From contig JANWYV010000045.1 in assembly GCA_025055075.1 (NCBI GenBank), positions 22,423 through 86,422 on the forward strand: a stretch of 64,000 bases of DNA, given 5' to 3'. Origin of the DNA: Blastocatellia bacterium. GTDB lineage: Bacteria > Acidobacteriota > Blastocatellia > HR10. Below are positions 1 through 9,123 of the stretch, piece after piece (the first letter of the stretch is position 1; every line of letters begins with the position of its first letter). The translations under genes were made by a program, and so were the position numbers. The notes beneath the pieces are model-generated. The model made no database searches. It saw only the letters and a program-made list of their open reading frames with translations, and was not told the origin of the DNA.

Positions 1-39
1 GGTCAACTGAGCGCTCCAGCGCTTCAGCTCTCGAGTCAT
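1..39 (-). CDS. 5' fragment of a gene running off the window ([13 protein letters not shown]), possibly dihydroxy-acid dehydratase
   Basis: ATG at 39 preceded by GAAGGAGGAGGG on the minus strand. The N-terminus resembles IlvD starts, but only 13 codons are visible. Confidence 0.35.
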   Translation of the reverse strand, partial: MTRELKRWSAQLT

Positions 40-163
40 CTTTGCCCTCCTCCTTCGATCTCGCGAAGGTCACGTGATTATAGCGCCCGCGAGCGGAGAA
101 AAAAAGCGCCGGTTCGCGCCGCGCGCTCACGCGGACAAGATGGACTTTGCTAAAATAGGGGCC

Positions 164-916
164 GTGAATGAAGGGGTACTCACGGAGTTGCTGCTCGCGT
201 TTCGACGGGGAGAGGTGACGCTCGAAGACGTCCTCGCACGGCTTCGCCACCTCCCTTACGAAGACCTCGGTTTCGCCAAGCCGGATCACCACAGACATCT
301 GCGGCAAGGTTTTCCCGAAGTCGTCTTCGGCCAAGGGAAAACGCCCGAGCAAATCGCCGCGATCGTCGCTCGGCTTTTGGCGCACAGCGCCTTAGCGCTG
401 GTGACGCGGACGGATGAGGCCGCCTATGCGGCCGTTCGACGCATTGCCCCAGAGGCCGTCTATCACGCGCAGGCGCGAATGATCACTATTCGGCGCGGGG
501 AACCTCCCGAGCCCCAAGGATTGATCGCCGTCGTCTCTGCGGGAACGGCGGACATTCCCGTCGCCGAAGAAGCGGCGGTCACGGCCGAGGCGTTGGGGAA
601 TCGCGTTGAGCGATTTTATGACGTCGGCGTCGCCGGGCTGCATCGGCTGCTCAGCGTCTATGAGCGTCTGCAGGCCGCGCGCGTCATCGTCTGCGTCGCC
701 GGCATGGAGGGCGCCTTGCCGAGCGTCGTCGGGGGACTAGTGAGCGTCCCCGTCATCGCCGTTCCAACCAGCATCGGCTATGGCGTCGGTCAAGGCGGCG
801 TGGCCGCTCTCCTCGGTATGTTGAACAGTTGTTCCGCGAACGTCGTCGTCGTCAACATTGACAACGGCTTCGGCGCGGGCTTTGTCGCTAGCCTCATCAA
901 TCGAAAAGCCCATTAA
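164..916 (+). CDS. larB: Nickel-pincer cofactor biosynthesis protein LarB (PurE/AIR-carboxylase-like)
   Basis: Motifs [75 protein letters not shown]. Start moved to GTG 164, just after a TGcTAAAAT extended -10. Confidence 0.92.
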   Translation: MNEGVLTELLLAFRRGEVTLEDVLARLRHLPYEDLGFAKPDHHRHLRQGFPEVVFGQGKTPEQIAAIVARLLAHSALALVTRTDEAAYAAVRRIAPEAVYHAQARMITIRRGEPPEPQGLIAVVSAGTADIPVAEEAAVTAEALGNRVERFYDVGVAGLHRLLSVYERLQAARVIVCVAGMEGALPSVVGGLVSVPVIAVPTSIGYGVGQGGVAALLGMLNSCSANVVVVNIDNGFGAGFVASLINRKAH

Positions 917-922
917 GGAGGA

Positions 923-3900
923 TTGCCCATGCAGATCACAAAACGCGAGAAACGATTCGTCGGACATGGTGTACTGCGAATCCTGGGGCTGTCCATGATC
1001 GCGCTTCTGCTTCTTCTGCTTGTGGGGATTCCAGCAGCCCGCGGGCAGGGGCAGAGCGATCTTCGGCAGATCACCGGAGAGTTGTTTAAGAGCCTGGAGT
1101 TCCGCAACATCGGACCGGCCATCATGGGCGGCCGCATTGACGATGTCGCCGTCGTCGAGAGCGATCCCCGTATCATCTACATGGCAACAGCCTCCGGCGG
1201 CGTATGGAAGACGACGAACAGCGGCACCACCTGGGAGCCAATTTTCGACAACGAAGCCGTCAGCTCGATTGGCGATGTCACCGTCGCTCCTTCCAACCCC
1301 AACATCGTGTGGGTCGGCACAGGGGAACCCAACAACCGACAGAGCTCCTCATGGGGCAACGGCGTCTACAAATCGCTTGATGGCGGGAAAACCTGGCAGC
1401 ACATGGGACTGAGCGATACCCATCACATCGGACGCATTGTCATTGATCCGACGAATCCGGACATCGTCTACGTGGCGGCGCTCGGTCGCCTGTGGGGGCC
1501 GAATCGCGAACGCGGACTCTTCAAGACGACCGACGGAGGGAAGACCTGGACGTGCGTGCTCTTCATCAACGAGGACACGGGCGTTGTGGACGTCGCTATG
1601 GATCCGCAGAGCCCCAACATCCTGTACGCCGCCGCATATCAGCGCCGACGCACGGCTTATGGATTTAACGGCGGCGGACCGCACAGCGGGCTCTACAAGT
1701 CCGTGGATGGTGGCGCGACATGGCAGAAACTCACGCGAGGGTTGCCGACGGGCGACACCGGACGCATCGGCCTGGACATCTATCGGCGCGATCCTCGCAT
1801 CGTGTACGCCATCATCGAGAACAAAAACGGGGGCGTCTTCCGCTCGGAAGATCGCGGAGAGACCTGGACGAGGATGAGCGACGTCAATCCGCGTCCCTCC
1901 TATTACAGCAAGATCCGCATCGATCCCAACAACGATCAGCGCATTTGGGTCATGGGCGCGTCCATGTACTATTCCGAAGATGGCGGACGGACGTTTCGCA
2001 CCAATTGGGTCACGCGCATCCACGGCGATTTCCATGCCATGTGGATCAACCCAGCGAATTCGGATCACATCGTCCTCGGATCCGACGGTGGCATTCACAT
2101 CAGCTACGATCGGGGACGAACGTGGGACTTCATCAACACGTTGCCGCTCGGGCAGTTCTACGAGATTTGTTACGACATGCGCAAGCCCTACTACGTCTAC
2201 GGGGGGCTTCAAGACAACGGCAGCTGGATGGGCCCCAGCCGCACGCTCTATACCGTTGGCATCACCAACGAGGACTGGATTCGCATCGGGGGTGGCGATG
2301 GCTTCTACGTGCAGGTGGACCCGACCGATCACAACATCCTCTACGTGGAATCCCAGAACGGCAACATCACGCGCCTGCACCTGAACACGGGGGAGCGTCG
2401 CATGATTCGTCCGGAGCCGAAGCCCGGCCAGCCTCGGTATCGGTTCGATTGGAATTCCCCCATCCTCATCTCCCCGCATGATCCGAAGACGATCTATTTC
2501 GGCGGGAACCGACTCTTCATCTCCCGAGATCGTGGCGAGACGTGGACGGAGACCGAGGACCTGACGACGCAGCCAGATCGGGACAAGATGCCAATCATGG
2601 GTGTGATTCCCGGTCCGGACACGCTCTCGCGCCACGATGGCGTGGAGACCTACGGGCAGATCACGACCATCTCGGAATCGCCCCTGCGAGCGGGGATCCT
2701 CTGGGTGGGGACCGATGATGGGAATGTCCAGGTCTCGCGCGATGGCGGCCGAACGTGGGAGAATGTCGTCGGCAACATCCCGGGTGTTCCGAAGAACACC
2801 TATGTGAGCCGCGTCGTCGCCTCGCGCTCGGGTGAGGGCGTCGCCTACGTCACGTTCGATGGACACCGCAGCAATGACTTCACGCCCTACGTCTACATGA
2901 CGACCGACTTCGGGAAGACGTGGAAATCGCTGCGAAGCAACCTGCCGGATGGACACCCCATCAACGTCATTCGCGAGCATCCTCGGAATCCGAATCTGCT
3001 CTTCGTGGGAACGGAGTTCGGTTTGTTCATCTCCTTCGATCGAGGCGGGCGATGGATTCGATTCAAGAACAATCTGCCGACCGTTCCGGTGGATGACATT
3101 CAGATCCATCCGCGCGAGAACGATCTTATCCTGGGGACGCACGGGCGCAGCATCTTCATCCTGGACGACATCACGCCGCTCGAGCAACTTTCGCCGAGCG
3201 TCTTGGACTCGGACCTGCACGTCTTCGATATCCGACCGGCGACGATGTACCGACTCTACAACCACAAGGGCAATACGGGGCACAAGTTCTTCATCGCGCC
3301 GAATCCGCCTTATGGAGCGATCATCCACTACTATCTGAAGACCTCGCCCGGCGAGAGGGAAGAGGTGAAGATCACGATTCTCGATCGAGAAGGCCGAGTG
3401 ATCCGCGAGCTGCGCGGGTCTAAGGTTGTAGGGATTAATCGCGTCGCCTGGGATTTGCGCCATGAACCTCCGGTGCGCGCGGAAGCCGAGCCGCCGGCCG
3501 GACCGCCCGGCGCGCCGCAAGGGCCGTTCGTGCTCCCAGGCGAGTACACGGTGCGTGTTTCCGTCGGCAATCGGCAAATGAGCAAGACCGTGCGCGTGGA
3601 GGAGGATCCTCGAATTCAGATCAGCGATGATGAGCTTCGCGCTCACCGCGAGGCCTGGCACCGCGTGGGACGTCTCTACGCGTCAGCCGATACGGCACGC
3701 CGCCGCGTCGTCGAATTACGGAATCGCGTCAACGAATGGGCCGAGAGCCTGAAGCGGCAGACGAATGTGCCGCCATCCGTACAAACGGCCGCGACTTCCC
3801 TGCTCCAAGAATTGGATGAGATTCGGGATCAGTTCGTCCCGCGGCCGCGCCCGCTGGGATTTGCTGGTCCCGATCTGCCGGGGACGCCGCGCCCGATCGT

Positions 3901-4120
3901 CGGACGTCTGGCGCAACTCTATTCGGCCATCGGCTCGTTCACGGCGCGACCGACGCCGCGACAGGCGGAGATGATCGAAGAGCTAGCGCAAGAACTCGCG
4001 CAACTTGTGGATCGCCTCAATCGCATCATCGAGGAGAAGATCCCGAACCTCAATCGGCAACTGCGGGAGAGCAATATCCCGCATCTCGCTCCGGGGGATC
4101 GCATCACCATACCGCGTTAA
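923..4120 (+). CDS. Secreted VPS10/BNR (Asp-box) repeat beta-propeller protein, glycosyl-hydrolase-like
   Basis: Signal peptide, FRNIGPAIMGGRI start, many SxDGGxTW Asp-boxes, GGLQDNG, GTHGRS and a C-terminal coiled coil. Confidence 0.85.
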   Translation: MPMQITKREKRFVGHGVLRILGLSMIALLLLLLVGIPAARGQGQSDLRQITGELFKSLEFRNIGPAIMGGRIDDVAVVESDPRIIYMATASGGVWKTTNSGTTWEPIFDNEAVSSIGDVTVAPSNPNIVWVGTGEPNNRQSSSWGNGVYKSLDGGKTWQHMGLSDTHHIGRIVIDPTNPDIVYVAALGRLWGPNRERGLFKTTDGGKTWTCVLFINEDTGVVDVAMDPQSPNILYAAAYQRRRTAYGFNGGGPHSGLYKSVDGGATWQKLTRGLPTGDTGRIGLDIYRRDPRIVYAIIENKNGGVFRSEDRGETWTRMSDVNPRPSYYSKIRIDPNNDQRIWVMGASMYYSEDGGRTFRTNWVTRIHGDFHAMWINPANSDHIVLGSDGGIHISYDRGRTWDFINTLPLGQFYEICYDMRKPYYVYGGLQDNGSWMGPSRTLYTVGITNEDWIRIGGGDGFYVQVDPTDHNILYVESQNGNITRLHLNTGERRMIRPEPKPGQPRYRFDWNSPILISPHDPKTIYFGGNRLFISRDRGETWTETEDLTTQPDRDKMPIMGVIPGPDTLSRHDGVETYGQITTISESPLRAGILWVGTDDGNVQVSRDGGRTWENVVGNIPGVPKNTYVSRVVASRSGEGVAYVTFDGHRSNDFTPYVYMTTDFGKTWKSLRSNLPDGHPINVIREHPRNPNLLFVGTEFGLFISFDRGGRWIRFKNNLPTVPVDDIQIHPRENDLILGTHGRSIFILDDITPLEQLSPSVLDSDLHVFDIRPATMYRLYNHKGNTGHKFFIAPNPPYGAIIHYYLKTSPGEREEVKITILDREGRVIRELRGSKVVGINRVAWDLRHEPPVRAEAEPPAGPPGAPQGPFVLPGEYTVRVSVGNRQMSKTVRVEEDPRIQISDDELRAHREAWHRVGRLYASADTARRRVVELRNRVNEWAESLKRQTNVPPSVQTAATSLLQELDEIRDQFVPRPRPLGFAGPDLPGTPRPIVGRLAQLYSAIGSFTARPTPRQAEMIEELAQELAQLVDRLNRIIEEKIPNLNRQLRESNIPHLAPGDRITIPR

Positions 4121-4138
4121 CAGATCCGATGGCCCCTG

Positions 4139-4178
4139 ATAGCTCGGGCTGAGGTGAGAACGCCTCGGCCCGAGCTAT
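4139..4178. terminator. Long inverted repeat between convergent genes, probable bidirectional terminator
   Basis: ATAGCTCGGGCTGAGGTG-agaa-CGCCTCGGCCCGAGCTAT, an 18-bp stem with two G-U pairs. Confidence 0.65.
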
Positions 4179-4208
4179 GTGCACTCGCCTGATGTAAGGG
4201 GGCGGCCA

Positions 4209-5414
4209 TCAATACTGATTCGGATCTGTGAGCCGTACCGTTCCGACCAAATATCCACTGGCGCCACTGCTCCCGCGAGCTGGGCGCGCAGCCGGAGCGC
4301 CAGCGATGGCCCCAGGCAACCGCATGGGAATGAAGCGTCCGAAGACAGAATGCCCGTTGCTGCCCTCGATGAAGAAGGCTCCGAGATTGGCCACGCGGAT
4401 CGTCGTCCGTCCCCCACGCGAGGGCGTCGTAGGGTCGAAGAGGACGATGGGAACGATGCGCGGACTCTCATTTGGCGGATAGCGATCGCTCCACACGTAC
4501 CATTGGCGCGTCACCGGATCCCTTCGGAGCTGCGCATTCGGATCTTGAGCGATCAGGGTGCTCACACCCTGGCGCGTGGGACCGACCATGTTCCCCGGCT
4601 CCGTCGTGAGCGTATCCCCGATCCGCACTGTCCCGCCCCACCCATAAACAATATTGTCGCGATACGTATCGGCTCCTCGCCCACCTAAGGCGAGTCCGTA
4701 GAAGTTCCCCGGATACTCTGGCGAATTGCTCTTCAATTCGATGTATCGGCCATCCACATCGCGGGGAGCGATGAAGCCAGTAGGTGACCCAGGCGAACAA
4801 TCGCGATAGACACTCAGGTCTTGCCCCTCGAATTCCGAATCGTACGGCGATTTATAATAGTCGGAGTTGACGGAGATCCCTCGCCACGTGTGGGGATTCG
4901 GATTGAACGGTCCATGATCCCCGTCCATCGGTGTGACGCAGATCCCGCCGTGGCCAAATTGATCCGGCGGGGCCAAAGGACGCCATCCCCCGGTCCCCCC
5001 AATGGCCGGAGCCACAACGGCCGCTGCGCGCACGCGGATATTCGCTTGACGAATTCCGAGGATGATGCCGAAGAACGTGTTCACCGGACGCACGATCTCG
5101 ATTCGAATAACATTGGGCTTTGGGAACGTGATCTCGCTCGGAGAGAGCTGAACGGGCTGTCCAGCGGCCCGATTGCGCGCCGCATACTCGATGGCCAGAC
5201 GCACGGCCGGTCCCGTCGCCGAGTAGTTCCCCGGTTCTTGCATGAGCCCCTGCGCGCCAGCCAACGCGGCGGCATCTACCGCGTTCTGCAATTGCGCGCG
5301 CACGACATAGAGATACCCCGCGTCTACAGCCAGTGTGGTCGCTCCCAAGAGCGCGACCAATCCCACCGTGGTGAGGACGATGATGCTCCCTCGATCATGC
5401 GCTCTTCGCTGCAT
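4209..5414 (-). CDS. TadG/Tad-like Flp pilus-associated protein
   Basis: N-terminal DRGSIIVL...LAVDAGYLYVVRAQLQNAVDAAALAGA signature of the TadE/G-like domain. C-terminal PGNMVGP and RIVPIVLFD motifs. Confidence 0.8.
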   Translation of the reverse strand: MQRRAHDRGSIIVLTTVGLVALLGATTLAVDAGYLYVVRAQLQNAVDAAALAGAQGLMQEPGNYSATGPAVRLAIEYAARNRAAGQPVQLSPSEITFPKPNVIRIEIVRPVNTFFGIILGIRQANIRVRAAAVVAPAIGGTGGWRPLAPPDQFGHGGICVTPMDGDHGPFNPNPHTWRGISVNSDYYKSPYDSEFEGQDLSVYRDCSPGSPTGFIAPRDVDGRYIELKSNSPEYPGNFYGLALGGRGADTYRDNIVYGWGGTVRIGDTLTTEPGNMVGPTRQGVSTLIAQDPNAQLRRDPVTRQWYVWSDRYPPNESPRIVPIVLFDPTTPSRGGRTTIRVANLGAFFIEGSNGHSVFGRFIPMRLPGAIAGAPAARPARGSSGASGYLVGTVRLTDPNQY

Positions 5415-5505
5415 GGCGTGCTCCTCCTGCCGGCTCGCTTAGCACCTTCGGGATCTTCCGCAATCGGCCGGGGAGCGTATTTTTCCCATCTCGGCGTCGG
5501 ATTTC

Positions 5506-6873
5506 TCATTGCGCGCGGGCCGAGGGGAAGAGAATTCCACTTCGCTCACCTTCGCCCCGGATCCCCGCGATCGTGAGAAGCGCTCCGCTTGCCGCGACTT
5601 CGTGCACAAGGATCGTCAAGCCCGTCTGGGGATCGGTGAAACTCCGTCCCACGGTCAGGGCCGGATCGAGCCAGGACGCTGTCTCCGGCGTCAGATCAAG
5701 CAGGAAGCTTCCCCCACGCTCACCCGAGATCCCCAAGCGCACGACAACTCCGCGAGAGACATTGGAGTTTCGTGAGAGGAAGCGATCGAAGCCTCTCGGC
5801 AACCGATACTCGACGTAATACCACGCGGCATATCCCACCCCGACGTCCGCGCTTTTGAGGATCTTGAGCGCTTTCGGACCGTCTCCCTCTGCGTGGTAAG
5901 GGGCCAGGCGGAACGCCCCCTCCTCGGTCACGCGAAGGATCTCCTCGCCTTCGCGGAGCCATCCGAGTCGCTCCTTCTGAACAGCGCTCACGTGTCCCGC
6001 TCCCATCCCCATGATGTCGAGCGTATCACCGTATTCGAGGACTTGACACGCTTCCCCGAGCGCAACCCATCCGCATTCGAGCGCATGCGAATGGGAGAGA
6101 CCGAGCCCATGCCCCAACTCGTGAGCTAAAACGTCAAAGGCGAGCGTCCCGTTGATCCACGCCGACGAAGGCGCTCCTCCAAGCGTCCCCAGCCCCCACC
6201 ACGAACATGCGTTTCTGGGAAAGGCGTAGACGAAATGCGCGTATGCGGACAGATCAATCCCAGAGGCTTGGGCGACCGCGTGGGCTTCTTCAGCTAAGCG
6301 AAACGGATCGCACGCCGCAACGCTCATCGGCAGCGTGAACCACCCGAAGACATCGCCCTCTAGCGAGAGCCGTCCATAAGAGTTCTCCCGAAAGAACTCG
6401 GCTACGGTCATTAGCAGCGCGCGTGCCGTCTCAACGGAATAGGGCCGCACGACTCGATCGGAGAAGTTCAACAGAAGTAGCGCGACGCGACGTCGGCCAA
6501 CAGTTTCAGGCAATTGCCGGCCTTGTGCCTCCGATGCTTCCTCAAGGTCTAGGTGTAGGGCGACGATCTGCTTCTCGTGACGAATGCCGCGCACGCGAGC
6601 CCGCATCCCTGTGCGAGCCGAGAACAGCGCCCTCGTATCTCCGCGCAGCCAGAATCGCCGCGCGTCCTGACGTAAGGCATATGACCGACGCGCCCATCCG
6701 AGATGATCCTCCACGAGGATCTCCACGATGCCCTCTTCTACTGAAGGGCTTCCTTGGGAGATCGCTAAGGGTGGATCGCCTCCGACAACCGCCGCTTGAA
6801 GAGAGATGCCGAGAGCGAGCGCAAGGAACATGCCGCGCGCTCGGCGGCTCGATGCTCGTCGTCCAAACGCCAT
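5506..6873 (-). CDS. Secreted zinc metallopeptidase, M11 (gametolysin)/M6-like
   Basis: HELGHGLGLSH zinc motif, EYGDTLDIMG Met-turn, ENSYG and YYVEYR motifs, N-terminal signal. Confidence 0.82.
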   Translation of the reverse strand: MAFGRRASSRRARGMFLALALGISLQAAVVGGDPPLAISQGSPSVEEGIVEILVEDHLGWARRSYALRQDARRFWLRGDTRALFSARTGMRARVRGIRHEKQIVALHLDLEEASEAQGRQLPETVGRRRVALLLLNFSDRVVRPYSVETARALLMTVAEFFRENSYGRLSLEGDVFGWFTLPMSVAACDPFRLAEEAHAVAQASGIDLSAYAHFVYAFPRNACSWWGLGTLGGAPSSAWINGTLAFDVLAHELGHGLGLSHSHALECGWVALGEACQVLEYGDTLDIMGMGAGHVSAVQKERLGWLREGEEILRVTEEGAFRLAPYHAEGDGPKALKILKSADVGVGYAAWYYVEYRLPRGFDRFLSRNSNVSRGVVVRLGISGERGGSFLLDLTPETASWLDPALTVGRSFTDPQTGLTILVHEVAASGALLTIAGIRGEGERSGILFPSARAQ

Positions 6874-7025
6874 ATCCCCCCTCGCTCGATGTGTTCAAGG
6901 GAGGCTGCTTTTGAACGCGCTTCCGCTCAGGCGCTTGAACTCGAACGCTCGCGCGATCAGCTCACGAACACCATCTTCATCAAACGATCAGCGAATGCCC
7001 CGATCCTCCCCATTAGGACGCGCAT

Positions 7026-7054
7026 ATTGTACTTCTGCCCCTCTCTCAGATCAA
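7026..7054 (-). promoter_or_regulatory. sigma70-type promoter for the metallopeptidase
   Basis: TTGATC-17 bp-TACAAT on the minus strand. Confidence 0.55.
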
Positions 7055-7137
7055 TCGGGCTAAAGGCGGATTTCTCTCCGCCGGAAGGGTGGGAAAGATC
7101 CCTCCCCACGCAGGTCGTGCCCCCTCACGGTCATTGT

Positions 7138-7167
7138 TTGCAGAATGAGCCGCGAAGGGGGTATGCT
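7138..7167 (+). promoter_or_regulatory. Possible sigma70-type promoter for the DNA polymerase
   Basis: TTGCAG-18 bp-TATGCT. Confidence 0.4.
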
Positions 7168-7258
7168 TGAAGAGAAGCAGCAAAGAAGCCGAGTCCCCCC
7201 GCAGGTAATGTCACCGGCGGATGGGAGACTTTCGGCGAAATGCTGAGAAAAAGCGAGC

Positions 7259-9046
7259 GTGGCGCTCGCGTTCGAGAGCGATATGAGGACCTATCGCGTG
7301 ATCACGGAGCCGGCCGAGCTGGAGGCGCTGCGAGAGCGATTGCTTGCAGAGCCTGCGCTCGGCGTGGATACGGAGACAACGGCGCTCGATCCCTATCAGG
7401 GGCGCATCCGCCTGCTGCAGCTTGCCACGCGCAATGAAATCGCTGTGTTGGATCTCTTCGCCCTGGGTGAGCAAGCGTTGGATATGCTGCGCCCGGTTCT
7501 GGAAGGGGAACGACCGGTCAAGGTCCTGCACAATGCGAAATTCGACGCGAAGATGCTCCTGCATCATGCCGGCATTGAGCTGGGACGCCTTTTCGATACA
7601 ATGCTCGCCTCACAACTGGTGGCCGCTGGCGATATGTCGAAGCGACATGGGCTCGCGGACGTCGCCGAACGCTATTTGCGCGAGCGCGTGGAGAAAACCC
7701 CGCAATTGAGCGATTGGAGCGGAGCGCTCTCTTCGACACAGCTCGACTACGCGGCGCGCGACGTCGAAGTCCTCCTGCCGCTTCGAGAAGTGCTCATTGA
7801 GAAGCTGAAAGAACTCTCGCTCGTTCGCGTCGCGAAACTCGAATTCGAGTGCGTGGTTCCGACGGCTGCCATGGAGTTGGCCGGTATGCCTTTCGACGTG
7901 GAGCGTTGGGAGGCACTAGTTGAGACATGGGAGCAGCGACGCGCCCAACTGGAGGAAGCATTGCGCCACGAATTAGCGCGCGGAGCGCCCCAAGCGAACC
8001 TCTTCGGCCAAGCCGAGATCAACGTGAACAGCCCACATCAAGTTCTGGCCAGCTTGCGTCAGCTTGGCCTCCTCGTCGAGGGCACGAGCGAAGCGGAGCT
8101 TCTGCCCTATCGGGATCACCCAGCGGTCCGGCTCCTGCTGGAATACCGCAGCGTACAGAAGCTGCTCAGCACCTTCGGGCGCGGCTTCCTCGAACATCGG
8201 CATCCGGTGACCGGACGCCTGCATGGCGATTTCCATCAGATCGGGACGCCGACCGGACGCTACAGTTGCAGCGAACCGAACATCCAGCAGGTCCCCAATG
8301 TGCCGGAAATTCGCGCGTGCTTCCGGGCGCCAGCCGGTCGGCGATTGATCGTGGCCGATTATTCGCAAGTCGAGCTGCGCATCCTCGCCGAATTCTCCCA
8401 AGACCCGAAGATGCTCGAAGCCTTCTTGAACGGGCTGGATCTGCATCGAATGACGGCGAGCTGGATGTTCAAAGTCCCTCCGGAGGAGGTCACCAAAGAG
8501 CAACGCGCTATCGCCAAGACGATCAATTTCGGCCTGATGTACGGCATGGGCGCGGCGAGTCTAGCGGCGCGCATTGCAGAAGTTCGCGACGGAGCGAGCG
8601 TCTCACTCACTGAAGCCGAAGCGTTGATCGCCAGCTATTTCGAGATCTATCGAAAAGTGGGTGAGTGGCTGCGGGCGGCCAGCGATACGGCCGTCTCGAT
8701 TCGCCAAAGCCGCTCTCAATCGGGACGCTTATGGCGCTTTCAGTTCGATCCCACAGATCGCGAACAGGTCGCGGCCGTCCACCGATTGGGGAAGAACTTT
8801 CCGATCCAGGGGACGGGCGCCGATATTCTCAAGCGAGCGATGCGGCTCGTGTATGAAGCTCTCCGTCCCTACGACGCGCAGATCGTGAATTCGATCCACG
8901 ATGAGATCGTCGTCGAAGTCGCCGAGGAGCACGCCGAGGAAGTCGCGCATCTGGTGCGTGAGCGCATGATCGCGGCCGGGCGCGAGTTCATCAAAACGGT
9001 TCCCATTGAGGTCGAAGTCGCCATCTCCGAAGCTTGGGTGAAGTGA
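7259..9046 (+). CDS. Family A DNA polymerase with 3'-5' exonuclease and no 5' nuclease (Aquificae-like PolA)
   Basis: ExoI DTETT, ExoII HNAKFD, ExoIII YAARD. Polymerase motifs TGRYSCSEPNIQQVP, ADYSQVELR, KTINFGLMYG, NFPIQGTGAD, HDEIVVE. 595 aa; an alternative ATG start lies at 7283. Confidence 0.93.
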   Translation: MALAFESDMRTYRVITEPAELEALRERLLAEPALGVDTETTALDPYQGRIRLLQLATRNEIAVLDLFALGEQALDMLRPVLEGERPVKVLHNAKFDAKMLLHHAGIELGRLFDTMLASQLVAAGDMSKRHGLADVAERYLRERVEKTPQLSDWSGALSSTQLDYAARDVEVLLPLREVLIEKLKELSLVRVAKLEFECVVPTAAMELAGMPFDVERWEALVETWEQRRAQLEEALRHELARGAPQANLFGQAEINVNSPHQVLASLRQLGLLVEGTSEAELLPYRDHPAVRLLLEYRSVQKLLSTFGRGFLEHRHPVTGRLHGDFHQIGTPTGRYSCSEPNIQQVPNVPEIRACFRAPAGRRLIVADYSQVELRILAEFSQDPKMLEAFLNGLDLHRMTASWMFKVPPEEVTKEQRAIAKTINFGLMYGMGAASLAARIAEVRDGASVSLTEAEALIASYFEIYRKVGEWLRAASDTAVSIRQSRSQSGRLWRFQFDPTDREQVAAVHRLGKNFPIQGTGADILKRAMRLVYEALRPYDAQIVNSIHDEIVVEVAEEHAEEVAHLVRERMIAAGREFIKTVPIEVEVAISEAWVK

Positions 9047-9123
9047 AGACCGACGCCGGGAGCGCTCGAGCCTTCGGACGCGGTAGAATATCTGACGCCA
9101 CGAATGATCGGGAGGGGGCAGGC

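Noticed and set aside
1349..3661. 770-aa minus-strand ORF, and similar long antisense ORFs (23295-24764, 21035-22354, 34572-35891, 41770-43137)
   Set aside because: These are shadow ORFs opposite well-supported genes in GC-rich DNA and show no recognisable motifs.
7170..7245. SRP RNA (GAAGCAGC) or cobalamin riboswitch (CCCCCGCA) resemblance
   Set aside because: The flanking conserved elements (SRP CAGG..GGAA helix; B12-box GCCACTG/GGGAAG) are absent. Kept only as an unclassified structured region.
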